Assembly: GCF_000341395.1 (NCBI RefSeq)
Contig: NC_020304.1
Location: 570,001-602,000, forward strand
Source: Desulfocapsa sulfexigens DSM 10523
Lineage (GTDB): Bacteria > Desulfobacterota > Desulfobulbia > Desulfobulbales > Desulfocapsaceae
Direction of reading: 5' to 3'
Length of the DNA: 32,000 nt
Below, in pieces: positions 1 through 10,865 of the stretch (its first letter is position 1; each line of letters starts with the position of its first letter). Under the pieces are notes generated by a model. That model did not search any database. It was not told the origin of the DNA and saw only the letters and a program-made list of their open reading frames with translations. The position numbers and the translations under genes are program-made.

Positions 1-141
1 TATGCACAATTTAAAACGACTTGTAAAGGATAATAATAACTGTTCTCCCTTTGCCTAGGATTGCATACACTGCTGTGATTTATTTGGGGCAGCCGACAAA
101 ATCGGCTGAAGGTTTTACCCAGGCTATTCTGTTTAATAATA

Positions 142-1581
142 TTACGCAGGATCAGTATAAAGATCAGCATCATTCCTGATCGAAGCTGGAATAGATTTCT
201 TAACCTTTACTCCCATCTGAGGAAAATTTTCTACCCTGGAAATCAGATTACCACGCCCCCGACTTAACCGGGTCATGGCACTGTCATAACTACTCTGGAG
301 AGCATGCATCTGTTTTCCAATACGCTCCATATCTTCTGTAAATGAGCAGAATTTGTCATAGAGAGCTGCTGCCCGTTCAGCAATTTCTCTGGCATTCCTG
401 CTTTGCTTTTCATAATGCCAGATACTTTCGATTGTCCGAAGAGTGGTAAGCAATGTTGTGGGGCTGACAAGAATCACTTTTCGACTCATCGCCTCGGAAA
501 ACAGCGTTTCATCAGCTTTAAAAGCTGCGAGAAAAGCAGCTTCAATCGGCATGAACATCAAGACAAAATCAAGGGTCTGAATTTCTGCAAGTGACCCGTA
601 ATCTTTTTCTCCCAAAATCTTTACGTGCTCCTTTATGGCCTTCACATGATGACGAAGAAAAGTATCCTGTTCCTGCTCTTTATCGCTGTTAACATATTTT
701 TCCCAGGAGACCAGGGATACTTTAGAATCGATTATAATATCACGGCCATCTGGTAGGCGAACAATAACATCCGGCCTCTGAAACCGATTGGCTTCATCCC
801 GGAACACTGCCTGGGTTTCATACTCAATTCCCTTACGCAGGGCAGATTGTTCAAGAACCCTTTCCAGGACAATTTCACCCCATGTTCCCTGAACCTGTTT
901 ATTGCCCTTAAGAGCTTTGGTGAGGTTGTTAGCCTCATCACTCATCCGCTGGTTCAGGTTTCTCAGGGAGGTGATTTCGCGCTGTAAAGCTGCCCTGTCC
1001 CTGGTTTCATCGTGATGAACAGCATCTGCTTTTTGACGAAAAGACTTTAACTGTTCGTGAAAAGGGGACAGTAAGCCAGAGATCTTTTCCTGAGTCTCTC
1101 GTGAAAAATGAGCACTTTTCTCCTCCAGAATAGAGGCTGCAAGCTCGGAAAACTGCAAACGTAACTGTTCTCTGGCTCCGTCCAGGAGGTTTAACCTTTC
1201 TTCCGCATGGAGTTGTTCTTGCTCAATCCGTGTCTGCAGTCTGGCATTTTCACTGCGCTGCTTCGCTTCTTTCTCTTGCAATTCACTAATAATGCTTTGC
1301 TTGTGTCTCTTCTCCTCGATTAGCTGTTCACATTGGTGGCGAACATTCTCACACACCAGATCACTTGCTGCAATCCGATTCTCCGTTGCCTGTTTCTCGA
1401 ATTCGGCAATAAGCTGCTGCCTGCTGAGAAACCGTTCCTTTTGCTTCTGAAAAACGAGCCACAGAATAAAGGCAGTTGGCAGGAGGCCGCACAGAAAACT
1501 CCAGCTTCCAACGGCTAAGAGCTGAGTGAACTGGGATTGTTGCTGAAACCAGAGGACCAATTGGTCAAACGGGGAGATCAT
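142..1581 (-). CDS. rmuC: DNA recombination protein RmuC family
   Basis: 479-aa ORF with N-terminal TM segment, long coiled coil, and RmuC nuclease-like core (VQGTWGEIVLERVLEQSALRKGIEYETQ...RPDVIVRLPDGRDIIIDSKVSLVSWEKY). Confidence 0.95.
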   Translation of the reverse strand: MISPFDQLVLWFQQQSQFTQLLAVGSWSFLCGLLPTAFILWLVFQKQKERFLSRQQLIAEFEKQATENRIAASDLVCENVRHQCEQLIEEKRHKQSIISELQEKEAKQRSENARLQTRIEQEQLHAEERLNLLDGAREQLRLQFSELAASILEEKSAHFSRETQEKISGLLSPFHEQLKSFRQKADAVHHDETRDRAALQREITSLRNLNQRMSDEANNLTKALKGNKQVQGTWGEIVLERVLEQSALRKGIEYETQAVFRDEANRFQRPDVIVRLPDGRDIIIDSKVSLVSWEKYVNSDKEQEQDTFLRHHVKAIKEHVKILGEKDYGSLAEIQTLDFVLMFMPIEAAFLAAFKADETLFSEAMSRKVILVSPTTLLTTLRTIESIWHYEKQSRNAREIAERAAALYDKFCSFTEDMERIGKQMHALQSSYDSAMTRLSRGRGNLISRVENFPQMGVKVKKSIPASIRNDADLYTDPA

Positions 1582-1661
1582 GGATACTGACTCCCTTTTT
1601 ACGAATAGAACAGCTCTTGAACAAGAGCCAGGAGGTTGGTTTTCAGGAAATTCATGTTTTT

Positions 1662-2753
1662 CTAGTCATTAATTTCAAGGGGTACTATCCTTATAGTTGC
1701 CCTGTCAGCCTTTACTTCTTCCGGTTGCAATTCCCCAGTTGCAATTTTACTTTCTGTATCTTCAGTCGCCTCGGCAAATTTTCCGCCCTGGACTACAGGA
1801 TTCTGATCCTTTGGAGGTCCCCCAAGGAATACCGGACCACCCAGATAATAGAAAGCAACACCAACCCCAAGCGCTATAACAGCTGCAACAGGGATCAGTC
1901 CTCGCCACAGTTTTTTCCGGAGCCTTTGCTCTTTTTCTCCAGTATTGCCCCTCAGTACTTCCCGCCCCGCCTCCTCAACAATCCCGGCGGTAACAAGATA
2001 CTTTTGTTCCTCATATGTACCAAGCAGAGCTCGATCACATAACACGTTAATAAGACGGGGAATGCCGCTGCTGAGTTCAAAAACTCGAGCCATGGCACTC
2101 TGTGAAAAAATATCTTCCGCCTCTCCGGCCACAGTTAGACGATGCTTAATATAGGCTGAGGTGCTTTCTCTATCCAGGGGAAGAAGATGATACCTGGAGG
2201 TGATCCGTTGATTGAGCTCTTCCGCAGCTTCCTGCTTAAGAATCTGCCTCAGCTCTGTCTGTCCGAGAAGAATTACCTTCAACAAGTTTTTATGATCAGC
2301 TTCCAAAGTGATCAAAAGACGAAGCTGCTCCAATAAATCAAGGCTCAAATTCTGGGCCTCATCTATAAGTAGAGTAATATTTCGCCCCCGTTCCTGAGCG
2401 TCAATAAGGAAGCGATTGATCAGCCCGGCATAGGAGTCCACACTTTTTTCCACACCCTCAAGCTGAATATCTAACTCGAGACAGATAGCTTCGAGAAATT
2501 CAAGAACGGTCAAAAGTGGATTGTCAATCAAGGCAAGATCGGTATTTTCTGGAAGTTGTGCCAGAAGACAACGAGAGAGGGTGGTCTTTCCAGTACCCAC
2601 ATCTCCAGTGAGTAGGATAAAACAGCCGCCACTGCTAACCCCATACAAAAGGTGGGCCAAAGCCTCCCTATGCGACTCACTCATGTAAAGATAGCGAGGA
2701 TCAGGAGCAATGGAAAATGGTTTTTCTTTAAGCCCGAAATAGTTCCGATACAT
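1662..2753 (-). CDS. ExeA/MshM-like AAA ATPase (general secretion pathway ATPase-like)
   Basis: MYRNYFGLKEKPFSIAPDPRYLYMSESHREALAHLLYG start, Walker A GDVGTGKTT, Walker B LLIDEAQNLS; TM segment near the C-terminus. Confidence 0.9.
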   Translation of the reverse strand: MYRNYFGLKEKPFSIAPDPRYLYMSESHREALAHLLYGVSSGGCFILLTGDVGTGKTTLSRCLLAQLPENTDLALIDNPLLTVLEFLEAICLELDIQLEGVEKSVDSYAGLINRFLIDAQERGRNITLLIDEAQNLSLDLLEQLRLLITLEADHKNLLKVILLGQTELRQILKQEAAEELNQRITSRYHLLPLDRESTSAYIKHRLTVAGEAEDIFSQSAMARVFELSSGIPRLINVLCDRALLGTYEEQKYLVTAGIVEEAGREVLRGNTGEKEQRLRKKLWRGLIPVAAVIALGVGVAFYYLGGPVFLGGPPKDQNPVVQGGKFAEATEDTESKIATGELQPEEVKADRATIRIVPLEIND

Positions 2754-2945
2754 TGGCGTCCTGAAAAAAGTGAGCCAGGGGGATAAGGTGCAGTGGAGCC
2801 ACCCAGTGTTCCATATTGATATTATTCACAATAGATTACTATCATCCATGGCCAATGGACAAGGTTTTTCTTTTTTCATCTCAAAAACTGTGGGGGAGTA
2901 ATAAACTATTTTGCTTTTTCCAGGCGAGATAGCCGAAGGAGGCCC

Positions 2946-3314
2946 CTATTGCATTAAAGAGGAACTGGCAACCTGCTCTTCCAGTAATGTACGAAACTTT
3001 GGGGTAGGAGCAAGACTATACAGTTCAGCCAGACTCTGCTGCACGAACACCTCCAGAGAGAGACGTTCTCTTTCAGCCTGCTCCATAAGAATAATACCCT
3101 TTACAGCATCAAGCATCTCCAGGTCGTGCAGCAGGAGAACTGCCCAGAGGAGATGGCTGGAATCGGGATTACGTTTGGGATCGCTCTCCCAATAGACCGG
3201 CGGAAGACGAAGAAAAGCCAGTTTTTTGGTGACAGCAGCATGACATCTTCCGCGCAAAAGAGAGGGATCTGGCAGTTCCCCCTCTCTCAATTTAGCCACC
3301 ATCTCAGAAAACAT
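2946..3314 (-). CDS. conserved-looking hypothetical protein downstream of clpA
   Basis: 122-aa ORF beginning 8 nt after the clpA stop on the same strand; no recognised domain. Confidence 0.65.
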   Translation of the reverse strand: MFSEMVAKLREGELPDPSLLRGRCHAAVTKKLAFLRLPPVYWESDPKRNPDSSHLLWAVLLLHDLEMLDAVKGIILMEQAERERLSLEVFVQQSLAELYSLAPTPKFRTLLEEQVASSSLMQ

Positions 3315-3322
3315 ACACAGGA

Positions 3323-5593
3323 CTATTTTTCAAGCTTGTAGGTGAATGTCAGTTTTTTATCGCGTAGCCCGACGCTAACCAGACCACCTGAGACAAGCGT
3401 TCCAAAAAGGATTTCATCGGTAAGTACATCACCAATTTCCTTCAGGATCAAACGACGAAGAGGACGTGCCCCATATGCCGGTTCATAGCCGGTTTTTGCA
3501 AGCCAGTTTCGTGCTGCAGCCGTAAGACGGACTTCAACTTTTCGTTCGGCAAGCTGCGCCTGCAACTCAACCATCAGCTTGTCCACTACCTTTTCAACCG
3601 CTTTTGAATCAAGGGCCGAAAAGGAAATACTGGCATCCAATCGATTACGAAATTCCGGTGCAAAAAGATTCTTCAGCGCCTTCTGCTCACGCCCTTTGGT
3701 CTCGGCAACAAAACCGATAGGTGCTGCAGACATCTCTCTTGCCCCCGCATTAGTGGTCATGATAATAATGACATTGCGGAAATCTGCCTTCCTACCGGAA
3801 TTATCAGTGAGAGTTGAGTGATCCATCACCTGTAAAAGGATGGAAAAAATATCCGGATGAGCCTTCTCAATTTCATCAAGCAGCAATACGGAATAAGGAT
3901 GTTTACGAATAGCCTCGGTGAGCAGGCCACCCTGATCAAATCCCACATATCCGGGAGGCGATCCTATAAGCCTGGCCACGGCATGTTTTTCCATGTACTC
4001 ACTCATATCAAAGCGTTCGAAATGAATGGAAAGCTTAGCAGCAAGCTGCCTCGCGACCTCCGTCTTGCCCACTCCCGTTGGACCGGCAAAAAGAAAACTC
4101 CCGGTGGGACTATCGGGATTCCCAAGACCTGCCCGTGATCGTTTCACAGCGGTAACGACAGCATCAATTGCCGAATCCTGACCAAAAATGACTTTTTTCA
4201 TGGAGGCAGTAAGATCTTTCAGGGAACTCAGCTCAGCACTCGTTCCACTTTTTGCAGGAACCCGCGCCATGCGCGATACCACCTGTTCAACATCGCGAAC
4301 TTTGACCACCTTGCCCATCTTCCCAGCCATCCGAAAGGCCGAGCCGACTTCATCCAGAATATCAATCGCCTTATCTGGAAGAAAACGGTCGTTGATATAT
4401 CTGTCGGCAAGTTCGGCAGTTGCGGAAACAGCAGGCTTCGAATACCTGACCAGATGATGCTCCTCATAGCGAGACAATAATCCCTGCAGGATGCGTTTGG
4501 TCTCGTCAATCGTTGGCTCTTCAACATCAATCTTTTGAAATCTGCGGGACAGAGCCCGGTCTTTCTCTATATGATTTTTGTATTCTTCATAGGTGGTGGA
4601 TCCGATACAGCGAAGAGTTCCAGACTGTAGAGCAGGTTTCAACAGATTGGACGCATCCATGGAACCGCCGCTAGTGGCACCCGCGCCCACGATGGTATGC
4701 ATCTCATCGATAAAGAGGATGGCATTATCCTTGCGTTCAATTGCTGAGATAACCCCCTTAATCCTTTTCTCGAAATCACCGCGGTATTTGGTCCCTGCCA
4801 CCATGCTTCCCATATCAAGGAGGAATATTTCAACCCCCTGAAGCAGATCCGGCACCAGTGCCTTATGCCCCGATGCCCGCGCTTCGGTATCTTCATGAAC
4901 AAGAAGAGCCAGCCCTTCGGCAATGGCAGTCTTTCCAACGCCCGGTTCACCAACCAGCAAAGGATTGTTTTTTTTGCGGCGACAGAGCACCTGCATCATC
5001 CGATGCACTTCAGTTTTACGTCCAATAAGAGGATCAAGCTTTCCTTCCGCAGCAACCTGCGCATAGTTAACCGTAAACTCCTCAAGGATTTTTTCATCTT
5101 TATCAGCCTTTTTATCACCCGTGGTATTATCGGGCATACTCGGCAGTGGCTCTTTCTGCAAACCTTCCGGCAGAGAGTGAGAAATGAACTCCACCACGGA
5201 CATCCTGCCCAGGCCCTCAGAACCGAGAAAAAACACCGCATGGGACTCGGCTTCAGAAAAAATGGAGACCAGAACATCACCACTATCAACTTCTTTTTTT
5301 CCACAGCTCTGCACATGGGCAACAGCCCTCTGCAAAACACGGTTAAAAGCGACGGTCTGAGCAGGTTCACCCTGGACTCCTGCACTATGAATGGGAAGCT
5401 CTCCTGCAAAGAAAGATTCCAGGCGGTTTTTAAGGTTCTCGGTGGATCCTCCACATTCGCGGATAATATAATCTGCCAGTTCATCATAGAGCAGACCATA
5501 GAGCATATGTTCCACGGTAACATACTCATGATGATGTTCTTTTGCTTCACGTATAGCCCGTATCAGAGCTGTTTCCAGTGCTTTACTTATCAT
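3323..5593 (-). CDS. clpA: ATP-dependent Clp protease ATP-binding subunit ClpA
   Basis: Two AAA modules ([15 protein letters not shown]; [15 protein letters not shown]), Clp N-domain, adjacent to clpS. Start placed at [17 protein letters not shown] (5593); the ORF track extends to 5626. Confidence 0.97.
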   Translation of the reverse strand: MISKALETALIRAIREAKEHHHEYVTVEHMLYGLLYDELADYIIRECGGSTENLKNRLESFFAGELPIHSAGVQGEPAQTVAFNRVLQRAVAHVQSCGKKEVDSGDVLVSIFSEAESHAVFFLGSEGLGRMSVVEFISHSLPEGLQKEPLPSMPDNTTGDKKADKDEKILEEFTVNYAQVAAEGKLDPLIGRKTEVHRMMQVLCRRKKNNPLLVGEPGVGKTAIAEGLALLVHEDTEARASGHKALVPDLLQGVEIFLLDMGSMVAGTKYRGDFEKRIKGVISAIERKDNAILFIDEMHTIVGAGATSGGSMDASNLLKPALQSGTLRCIGSTTYEEYKNHIEKDRALSRRFQKIDVEEPTIDETKRILQGLLSRYEEHHLVRYSKPAVSATAELADRYINDRFLPDKAIDILDEVGSAFRMAGKMGKVVKVRDVEQVVSRMARVPAKSGTSAELSSLKDLTASMKKVIFGQDSAIDAVVTAVKRSRAGLGNPDSPTGSFLFAGPTGVGKTEVARQLAAKLSIHFERFDMSEYMEKHAVARLIGSPPGYVGFDQGGLLTEAIRKHPYSVLLLDEIEKAHPDIFSILLQVMDHSTLTDNSGRKADFRNVIIIMTTNAGAREMSAAPIGFVAETKGREQKALKNLFAPEFRNRLDASISFSALDSKAVEKVVDKLMVELQAQLAERKVEVRLTAAARNWLAKTGYEPAYGARPLRRLILKEIGDVLTDEILFGTLVSGGLVSVGLRDKKLTFTYKLEK

Positions 5594-5604
5594 AATAGTA
5601 CCAG

Positions 5605-5907
5605 TTAGACTTTTTCGATGCTGCAACGTAATGGAAATTCATTCTTCCGTGCAAGATCGTGAACTATAACCACCTTTGTCTCGCATATTTCAAGGGTATA
5701 CACTCCGGCAATACCAACACCCTCCTGATGCACATTCATCATGATTTTACTGGCTTCCGAGGTGTTCTTTCGAAAAACTCTCTCAAGAACAGCAACCACA
5801 AATTCCATGGAGGTATAATCATCGTTGTGCAACAGTACTTTATAGAGGGAAGGCTCCTGGATCTTACTGCGATCTCTTGTGGCCACCGATCCTTTCTTGT
5901 CACTCAT
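5605..5907 (-). CDS. clpS: ATP-dependent Clp protease adaptor ClpS
   Basis: LYKVLLHNDDYTSMEFVVAVLERVF...MMNVHQEGVGIAGVYTLEICETK ClpS signature; directly upstream of clpA. Confidence 0.96.
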   Translation of the reverse strand: MSDKKGSVATRDRSKIQEPSLYKVLLHNDDYTSMEFVVAVLERVFRKNTSEASKIMMNVHQEGVGIAGVYTLEICETKVVIVHDLARKNEFPLRCSIEKV

Positions 5908-5993
5908 AGGGTATTTCTATTTTTTAAATTTTCTTTGTAACACACTATCCTTTCGTCATATTACCATAGAAGATATGCTGTTATTTTTCAACT

Positions 5994-7361
5994 CTACTGT
6001 CTTTTCTGCTTGAGCATGGTTAAAAAAAGTTCCTCCAGGATAAGCTCTGGAGAAATTGGCGAACCCTTCAGGCGAAACTCTGCCTTGAGCAATAAAGCAA
6101 GCCAGCTTTTTAAGACCGCACAGGAAAATTCCTGTGCCTTACTAAATGACATAAACAGAGCGTAAGGATGGCCTTTCAGGAGATCAAGCCAGTCTCCACG
6201 TTCCTTCAATGCAGGAAGATAGACCTTTTGAAACTGTCCGGCGTTCATCCCGGAATGCCACAATGGTGCAGGTCCAAGCTGCAGGGATCTAAACACCAGC
6301 ATCTTCCGCAGGTAATTCCGCATGGTGGCAAGTATCGCCAAGCCATGCATTCCCTGATCAAGCAATCTGCGAAGAAGTACCAGAACACGGGCTGACTGAT
6401 GTTTCCCAAAAGCATCCGTCAACTCAAAGAGCGCGTCCTCACGGGTTCTCCCCACCATGGCATCCAAATCCTCCACGGTGATCAGTTCACGATCTCCAAC
6501 ATACAGGGCAAGTTTTTCAGTCTCCATGACCACGGCCACGGGGTGAAACCCCACCCGCTCCAAAAGACGTTCCAGAGCCTGGGGGACTATCTTCTTCTGA
6601 AAACCTGCAAGGCTCTTCCTCACCACTTCCTGCAGAATTTCCTTCTGTTCCTTTTGCGCGGCAACACCAACTCCCTCAACCACAGAACAGTCCACAACCA
6701 CGCCTTCCTTTTTTATAAAAGTAAATAGCTGTTTCCTTTTGTCAACGGCTTCGGCGCTAAGTAGCAGAATATTGTTCGGGGGAACGCCTTTTTTAAACAC
6801 CTCCACATAACGTGCAGCAATATCAGTAGCGCCTCCCCCCTTATTCGACGCCTCAGTCGTTGCAAGAAGTGCATCAGCCCAGGAAAGATCCCCGGCAGGT
6901 CTTGCAAAGCCAAAGAGTCCCTGCCACTGCCCCCCGCTCATTTCAGAAAGAAGTTCATCATGACCGAGACCGGCAAGAGATCTGAAAGAGAGGAGTTGTC
7001 TGCGACACGCCTTTTCGTTATTGGCTGACTTCGCCTGCTCCACCTTTGCCCAAACAGCAGATGCCACACTTTTAGAGTGAAACAACCTGCTGTCAGTCAC
7101 CCGAAAAATCTGGCAACCAGGAAGTAGAGTGAAATTCATTAACTGTCCAAGGGTTTTGCTGCTATCTTCATTGTCGCCATCAATACTGTTTACCGCCCCA
7201 CCCCCGGAATACGTCAAGAGACTTTTCTGAACACTGTCCGCAGCTTCGCGACAGAGAAAACGTTCTCCAAAAAAGATAAATATGTTTTTTAAGTCATCCA
7301 TCTTCCCCTGCTCGATTTTTTCCAGCAGGGCAGGAAGCTCTGTCCGTTTAATCAGTGCCAT
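5994..7361 (-). CDS. holA: DNA polymerase III delta subunit
   Basis: 455-aa HolA-like protein: N-terminal IFIFFGERFLCREAADSVQ, C-terminal GKHQSARVLVLLRRLLDQGMHGLAILATMRNYLRKM. Confidence 0.85.
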   Translation of the reverse strand: MALIKRTELPALLEKIEQGKMDDLKNIFIFFGERFLCREAADSVQKSLLTYSGGGAVNSIDGDNEDSSKTLGQLMNFTLLPGCQIFRVTDSRLFHSKSVASAVWAKVEQAKSANNEKACRRQLLSFRSLAGLGHDELLSEMSGGQWQGLFGFARPAGDLSWADALLATTEASNKGGGATDIAARYVEVFKKGVPPNNILLLSAEAVDKRKQLFTFIKKEGVVVDCSVVEGVGVAAQKEQKEILQEVVRKSLAGFQKKIVPQALERLLERVGFHPVAVVMETEKLALYVGDRELITVEDLDAMVGRTREDALFELTDAFGKHQSARVLVLLRRLLDQGMHGLAILATMRNYLRKMLVFRSLQLGPAPLWHSGMNAGQFQKVYLPALKERGDWLDLLKGHPYALFMSFSKAQEFSCAVLKSWLALLLKAEFRLKGSPISPELILEELFLTMLKQKRQ

Positions 7362-9786
7362 GTTCGCCAGTTTTCGTATCCATTGATTTCTGATCCATTA
7401 TCTTGTGCAAAATGGCAGGAAGAGAACCAGGTTGCAGATAATCCTCCCCCAGTCCCTGTTTGAAAATTTTTGCGGACTGTTCAGAGATATCATCCCAGCT
7501 TAAATCCTTACCCGACTTCGCTACCGCTTCAAAAAGGAATTCGTTATAGGGATTATTCACAACCGCCTTACCAGTACCAACGGTTGCCAGGATATCCACA
7601 TTATTCTTAAAGAGTGTCGCAAGCTCAGAATACGCCCGGATGCCACCACAGGACCCAAGGCTCATAAAACGCTGTTTGTTGCCAAGATCAACTTCGGTTA
7701 CGGCCCCATCTTCAATAAGTTTAGATATGGGCTCTATCAACTGTTCAGAGCGCCAGTAACTGTGTCCACGCTGGGCAAACATCTCATGACCACCCGTCAG
7801 GAACTGGTTCAGAAGAGCAGCCTGCACAGCCTCACCTTGAAATAAAAAGACGGAATGAGATATTTCGATACCATTCATCGTTTGCACCCAGTCCAGCACA
7901 AGAGGGTGCCTCGACTGAAGTCGAAACAATGCATGCAAAGTGCTACTCGGCTGAGAATCATAGGAACGAATCAGGCTTGCAGCCTGTGACACTACATCGG
8001 GAGCCACTCCCAGTCGAAAAGAAGTTGAAAGCCGTGGCCGATAGCCCTCTTTACTCAGAAAATGACAGTTGGAAAGGTAGGACTGCCTGCCATCATCATC
8101 ATCATGAAAAACTGACAGGCTGGAAAGCTTCCCATCGGATTTCCACTCCTCAAAGGCAGTTTTAGCGTAGGCCTGCAGGGGAATAGCACCATACTCATAC
8201 ATCATCATTCTGATGCGTATCTTATCCACCTCACCCACAAACTCTGAATAATACTCCAGGTAATACTGTAAAATTACCCGTAACTGCATAGTAAAAACTG
8301 TATTCTGCTCACGAATAGCTGAAAGCATTTTACCTATAAGGTAGGTTCGGGTATCCGGTTGAATGGTTTCCAGCAAGGTCATAAATGTTGCCGAAAAAAG
8401 AATCAGACTGTTCTCGTCCTGAAAAGCAGATTGTGTCACCAGATCGAGTACCCGGTTCTGTTCTTTGGGGTCAACCGGAAAAAACAATCCGAGTTTTCCA
8501 CGCTGTGCGAGACTGATTATAAAATCTGACACATGGTTGTTTGCAGGATCAACAGCAAGGAGGAACTGTAGAAGATTTGCCCGAAAGTTTTCATCCATCC
8601 GATCCTTCAGTACCGGCACCAGAATGTCCCGAAACGAGGAATCATACAATTCACTCCCCTTGGAGAGCAGAATATAGATATTGGAAGTGGTGGTATCATA
8701 TGCCGCCTGCACACGAGCCCTGCCCGTTGCCTTGCGCAGAACAGCAATTGCCGTTTGTTTTTTTCCACGACCCAATGCAGCGTAAAAAGAATTTTTATAT
8801 TCCTCACGAACCTTCCAGTCCAGACGCTTCCAGAGAATCTCCAGCCCTGCAGCAGAATGTCCATTTAATGCTGCAGCAGAGATCTCCCGTCCCAGCAAAT
8901 CGGTCACCGAGTGGAGATCATTAATCTTCCATGTCAGATAGTCTGAAGCTTCAGCGAATCCCTTTAGCAGCAATGCCTTTTCAGCAGGATCCATGGCAAA
9001 GAACAACCACTCTTGATCCTGCTGACTCTTGCCAAAATAGTTTTTCACCCAATACAGAGCTGTTTCCGGGGTGATTTTCTGTTTAAACAGTCCCCGCGCA
9101 TTCCAGGCATCGGTTATTGAAAACCTGCCCAGCTGCTCTATGATTTCAAGCGCTTTATAGGCGTTCATTGCCTTGATTCTGCAGCACTCCTCCACTGCCC
9201 ACTGCTGTTTTTCATTCATTCGTTCAATCAGAGCCATGGCATCAGCAATGCTTTCTCTGCTCTGTCCCGGCAGGAGGAGGAAGGCCTTCAGAGCCCAACC
9301 TGCTGACTCTCTCACCTTTTCTATCCGATCCGTAAAAGCAAGTAACTCCGATGCTGTAAGCACATCAACCAGGGCAAAGGCCGTCATGACACGTCCTCTG
9401 GAATAATCAAGTTTCTCCAGCTTTTCAAGGAATTGCCAGGATTTCTCTGCATCCGCCCCCTGGAGAGTAACAAACTGTTCCAGAAGGCGCAGGTTATCAA
9501 AGCTGATCTCTTCTGTAACGAGTCTCCTGATCGCTGCAACAAGCTCGTCTGCAGAAACATACTCAAGCTGGGCAAACGCTCGAAGAGCACGTTTATTTGT
9601 ATAATTCAGTGCATGAATCAACCCCTTATTAAATTCAAAAAGAGACTCATCCTCACAGGCCACCCTGCTGAAAGCCTCCAGGGTCTGCCGATAGCCCTTA
9701 TCAGAGATACGGGCCTGAACAGAAGCCGGAGCTATGAAAACCAAAACAAGAGCTAACACACTAAAAACAGTAAGTTTCTGTCGCAT
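7348..9786 (-). CDS. large exported protein of unknown function; possible helical-repeat region plus C-terminal clan-CD peptidase-like motifs
   Basis: 812 aa with clear signal peptide (MRQKLTVFSVLALVLVFIAPASVQA). C-terminal region contains FAQRGHSYW and FMSLGSCGG. Overlaps the holA start by 14 nt. Confidence 0.85.
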   Translation of the reverse strand: MRQKLTVFSVLALVLVFIAPASVQARISDKGYRQTLEAFSRVACEDESLFEFNKGLIHALNYTNKRALRAFAQLEYVSADELVAAIRRLVTEEISFDNLRLLEQFVTLQGADAEKSWQFLEKLEKLDYSRGRVMTAFALVDVLTASELLAFTDRIEKVRESAGWALKAFLLLPGQSRESIADAMALIERMNEKQQWAVEECCRIKAMNAYKALEIIEQLGRFSITDAWNARGLFKQKITPETALYWVKNYFGKSQQDQEWLFFAMDPAEKALLLKGFAEASDYLTWKINDLHSVTDLLGREISAAALNGHSAAGLEILWKRLDWKVREEYKNSFYAALGRGKKQTAIAVLRKATGRARVQAAYDTTTSNIYILLSKGSELYDSSFRDILVPVLKDRMDENFRANLLQFLLAVDPANNHVSDFIISLAQRGKLGLFFPVDPKEQNRVLDLVTQSAFQDENSLILFSATFMTLLETIQPDTRTYLIGKMLSAIREQNTVFTMQLRVILQYYLEYYSEFVGEVDKIRIRMMMYEYGAIPLQAYAKTAFEEWKSDGKLSSLSVFHDDDDGRQSYLSNCHFLSKEGYRPRLSTSFRLGVAPDVVSQAASLIRSYDSQPSSTLHALFRLQSRHPLVLDWVQTMNGIEISHSVFLFQGEAVQAALLNQFLTGGHEMFAQRGHSYWRSEQLIEPISKLIEDGAVTEVDLGNKQRFMSLGSCGGIRAYSELATLFKNNVDILATVGTGKAVVNNPYNEFLFEAVAKSGKDLSWDDISEQSAKIFKQGLGEDYLQPGSLPAILHKIMDQKSMDTKTGEHGTD

Positions 9787-9946
9787 TTCTTATTAAATTA
9801 AATAAAATAGATGTTGATTGATGATTTCTTGACTTCTTCTGCAAACGATATAGGATGCTTGCCTTTCCGGCACACACCCGGGAAAACACTTACAGTAATA
9901 GTCATTTCAAAAGAAATATCAAAATTTTCCCGGATATCTTCAGACA

Positions 9947-10837
9947 GTGAAACAGAGCAACTCTCAAATACTTCCAACTCTCTGTCTGTTGCTGGCCACG
10001 TTTCTCTGGGCAAGTTCTTTTATCGCCCTAAAGCTCGCTTTTGTTGACTACCACCCGATGGTGGTCATTGCAGGTCGAATGGTTGTTGCATCCCTTGCCT
10101 TTTTCTTTCTATTACCACGTTTCCGCAAAATTCGCATTCGCCATCAGGATTTTAAACTGCTCGGATTCATGGCACTCTGCGAACCCTGTTTATACTTTAT
10201 TTTTGAAGCCCTTGCCCTGAAAAACACTTCGGCCTCACAAGCCTCAATGATTACAACCATGTTGCCCCTGCTGGTTGCCGTAGCATCTGGGATTTTTCTT
10301 GCTGAGAGATTTTCTCTCCAAAATATAATCGGATTGGGGCTTGCCATGGCCGGTGCATTCGGATTAAGCATCGGAGGGGATATCAATGAACAGGCCCCAT
10401 CCCCATTGCTTGGTAATTTATTTGAATTTCTGGCAATGGTCTGTGCCACGGCATACACCATTGCTATCAAAAAACTGACCAGTCGCTATTCCCCACTCTT
10501 CCTTACAGCTGTCCAGGCATGGGTAGGGGCGCTCTTTTTTCTCCCCATGCTGCTGCTCCCCCAAATTCAGGTCCCTGACAATTTCATTCTAATCCCAACG
10601 GCAGCCATCGTCTATCTGGGCCTGGCTGTCACCATTGTTGCCTACGGCTCATATAACTATGCCCTCTCGGCAATGGATGCGGGAAAAGCTTCCATATATG
10701 TAAACCTTATCCCCCTCTTTACCATACTCCTCAGCTGGATTGTCTTCAAAGAATCCTTCAGTCTCTTTCAATATTGTGCAGGATTTGTTATATTTTTTGG
10801 AGTGGGTCTAAGCCAGGGATTCTGGATAAAAAAATAA
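9947..10837 (+). CDS. EamA/DMT family transporter
   Basis: Ten hydrophobic segments in two EamA repeats (LLLATFLWASSFIALKLAF; NLFEFLAMVCATAYTIAIKKL). GTG start. Confidence 0.92.
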   Translation: MKQSNSQILPTLCLLLATFLWASSFIALKLAFVDYHPMVVIAGRMVVASLAFFFLLPRFRKIRIRHQDFKLLGFMALCEPCLYFIFEALALKNTSASQASMITTMLPLLVAVASGIFLAERFSLQNIIGLGLAMAGAFGLSIGGDINEQAPSPLLGNLFEFLAMVCATAYTIAIKKLTSRYSPLFLTAVQAWVGALFFLPMLLLPQIQVPDNFILIPTAAIVYLGLAVTIVAYGSYNYALSAMDAGKASIYVNLIPLFTILLSWIVFKESFSLFQYCAGFVIFFGVGLSQGFWIKK

Positions 10838-10865
10838 AGTTAACAGAACAATACAAATACAACCA

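Noticed and set aside
90-108. CAGCCGA-caaaa-TCGGCTG hairpin near the rmuC 3' end
   Set aside because: Only 7 bp and no T-run on the rmuC (minus) strand; too weak to call as a terminator.
4996-5550. 184-aa minus-strand ORF in another frame of clpA
   Set aside because: Alternative frame of clpA; low-complexity artefactual sequence.
4865-5608. 247-aa plus-strand ORF antisense to clpA
   Set aside because: It lies inside a convincing clpA coding sequence; the translation has no domain-like sequence and looks like a shadow ORF.
9798-10013. 71-aa minus-strand ORF between the exported-protein gene and the EamA gene
   Set aside because: It overlaps the EamA 5' end in antisense and has no recognisable features.
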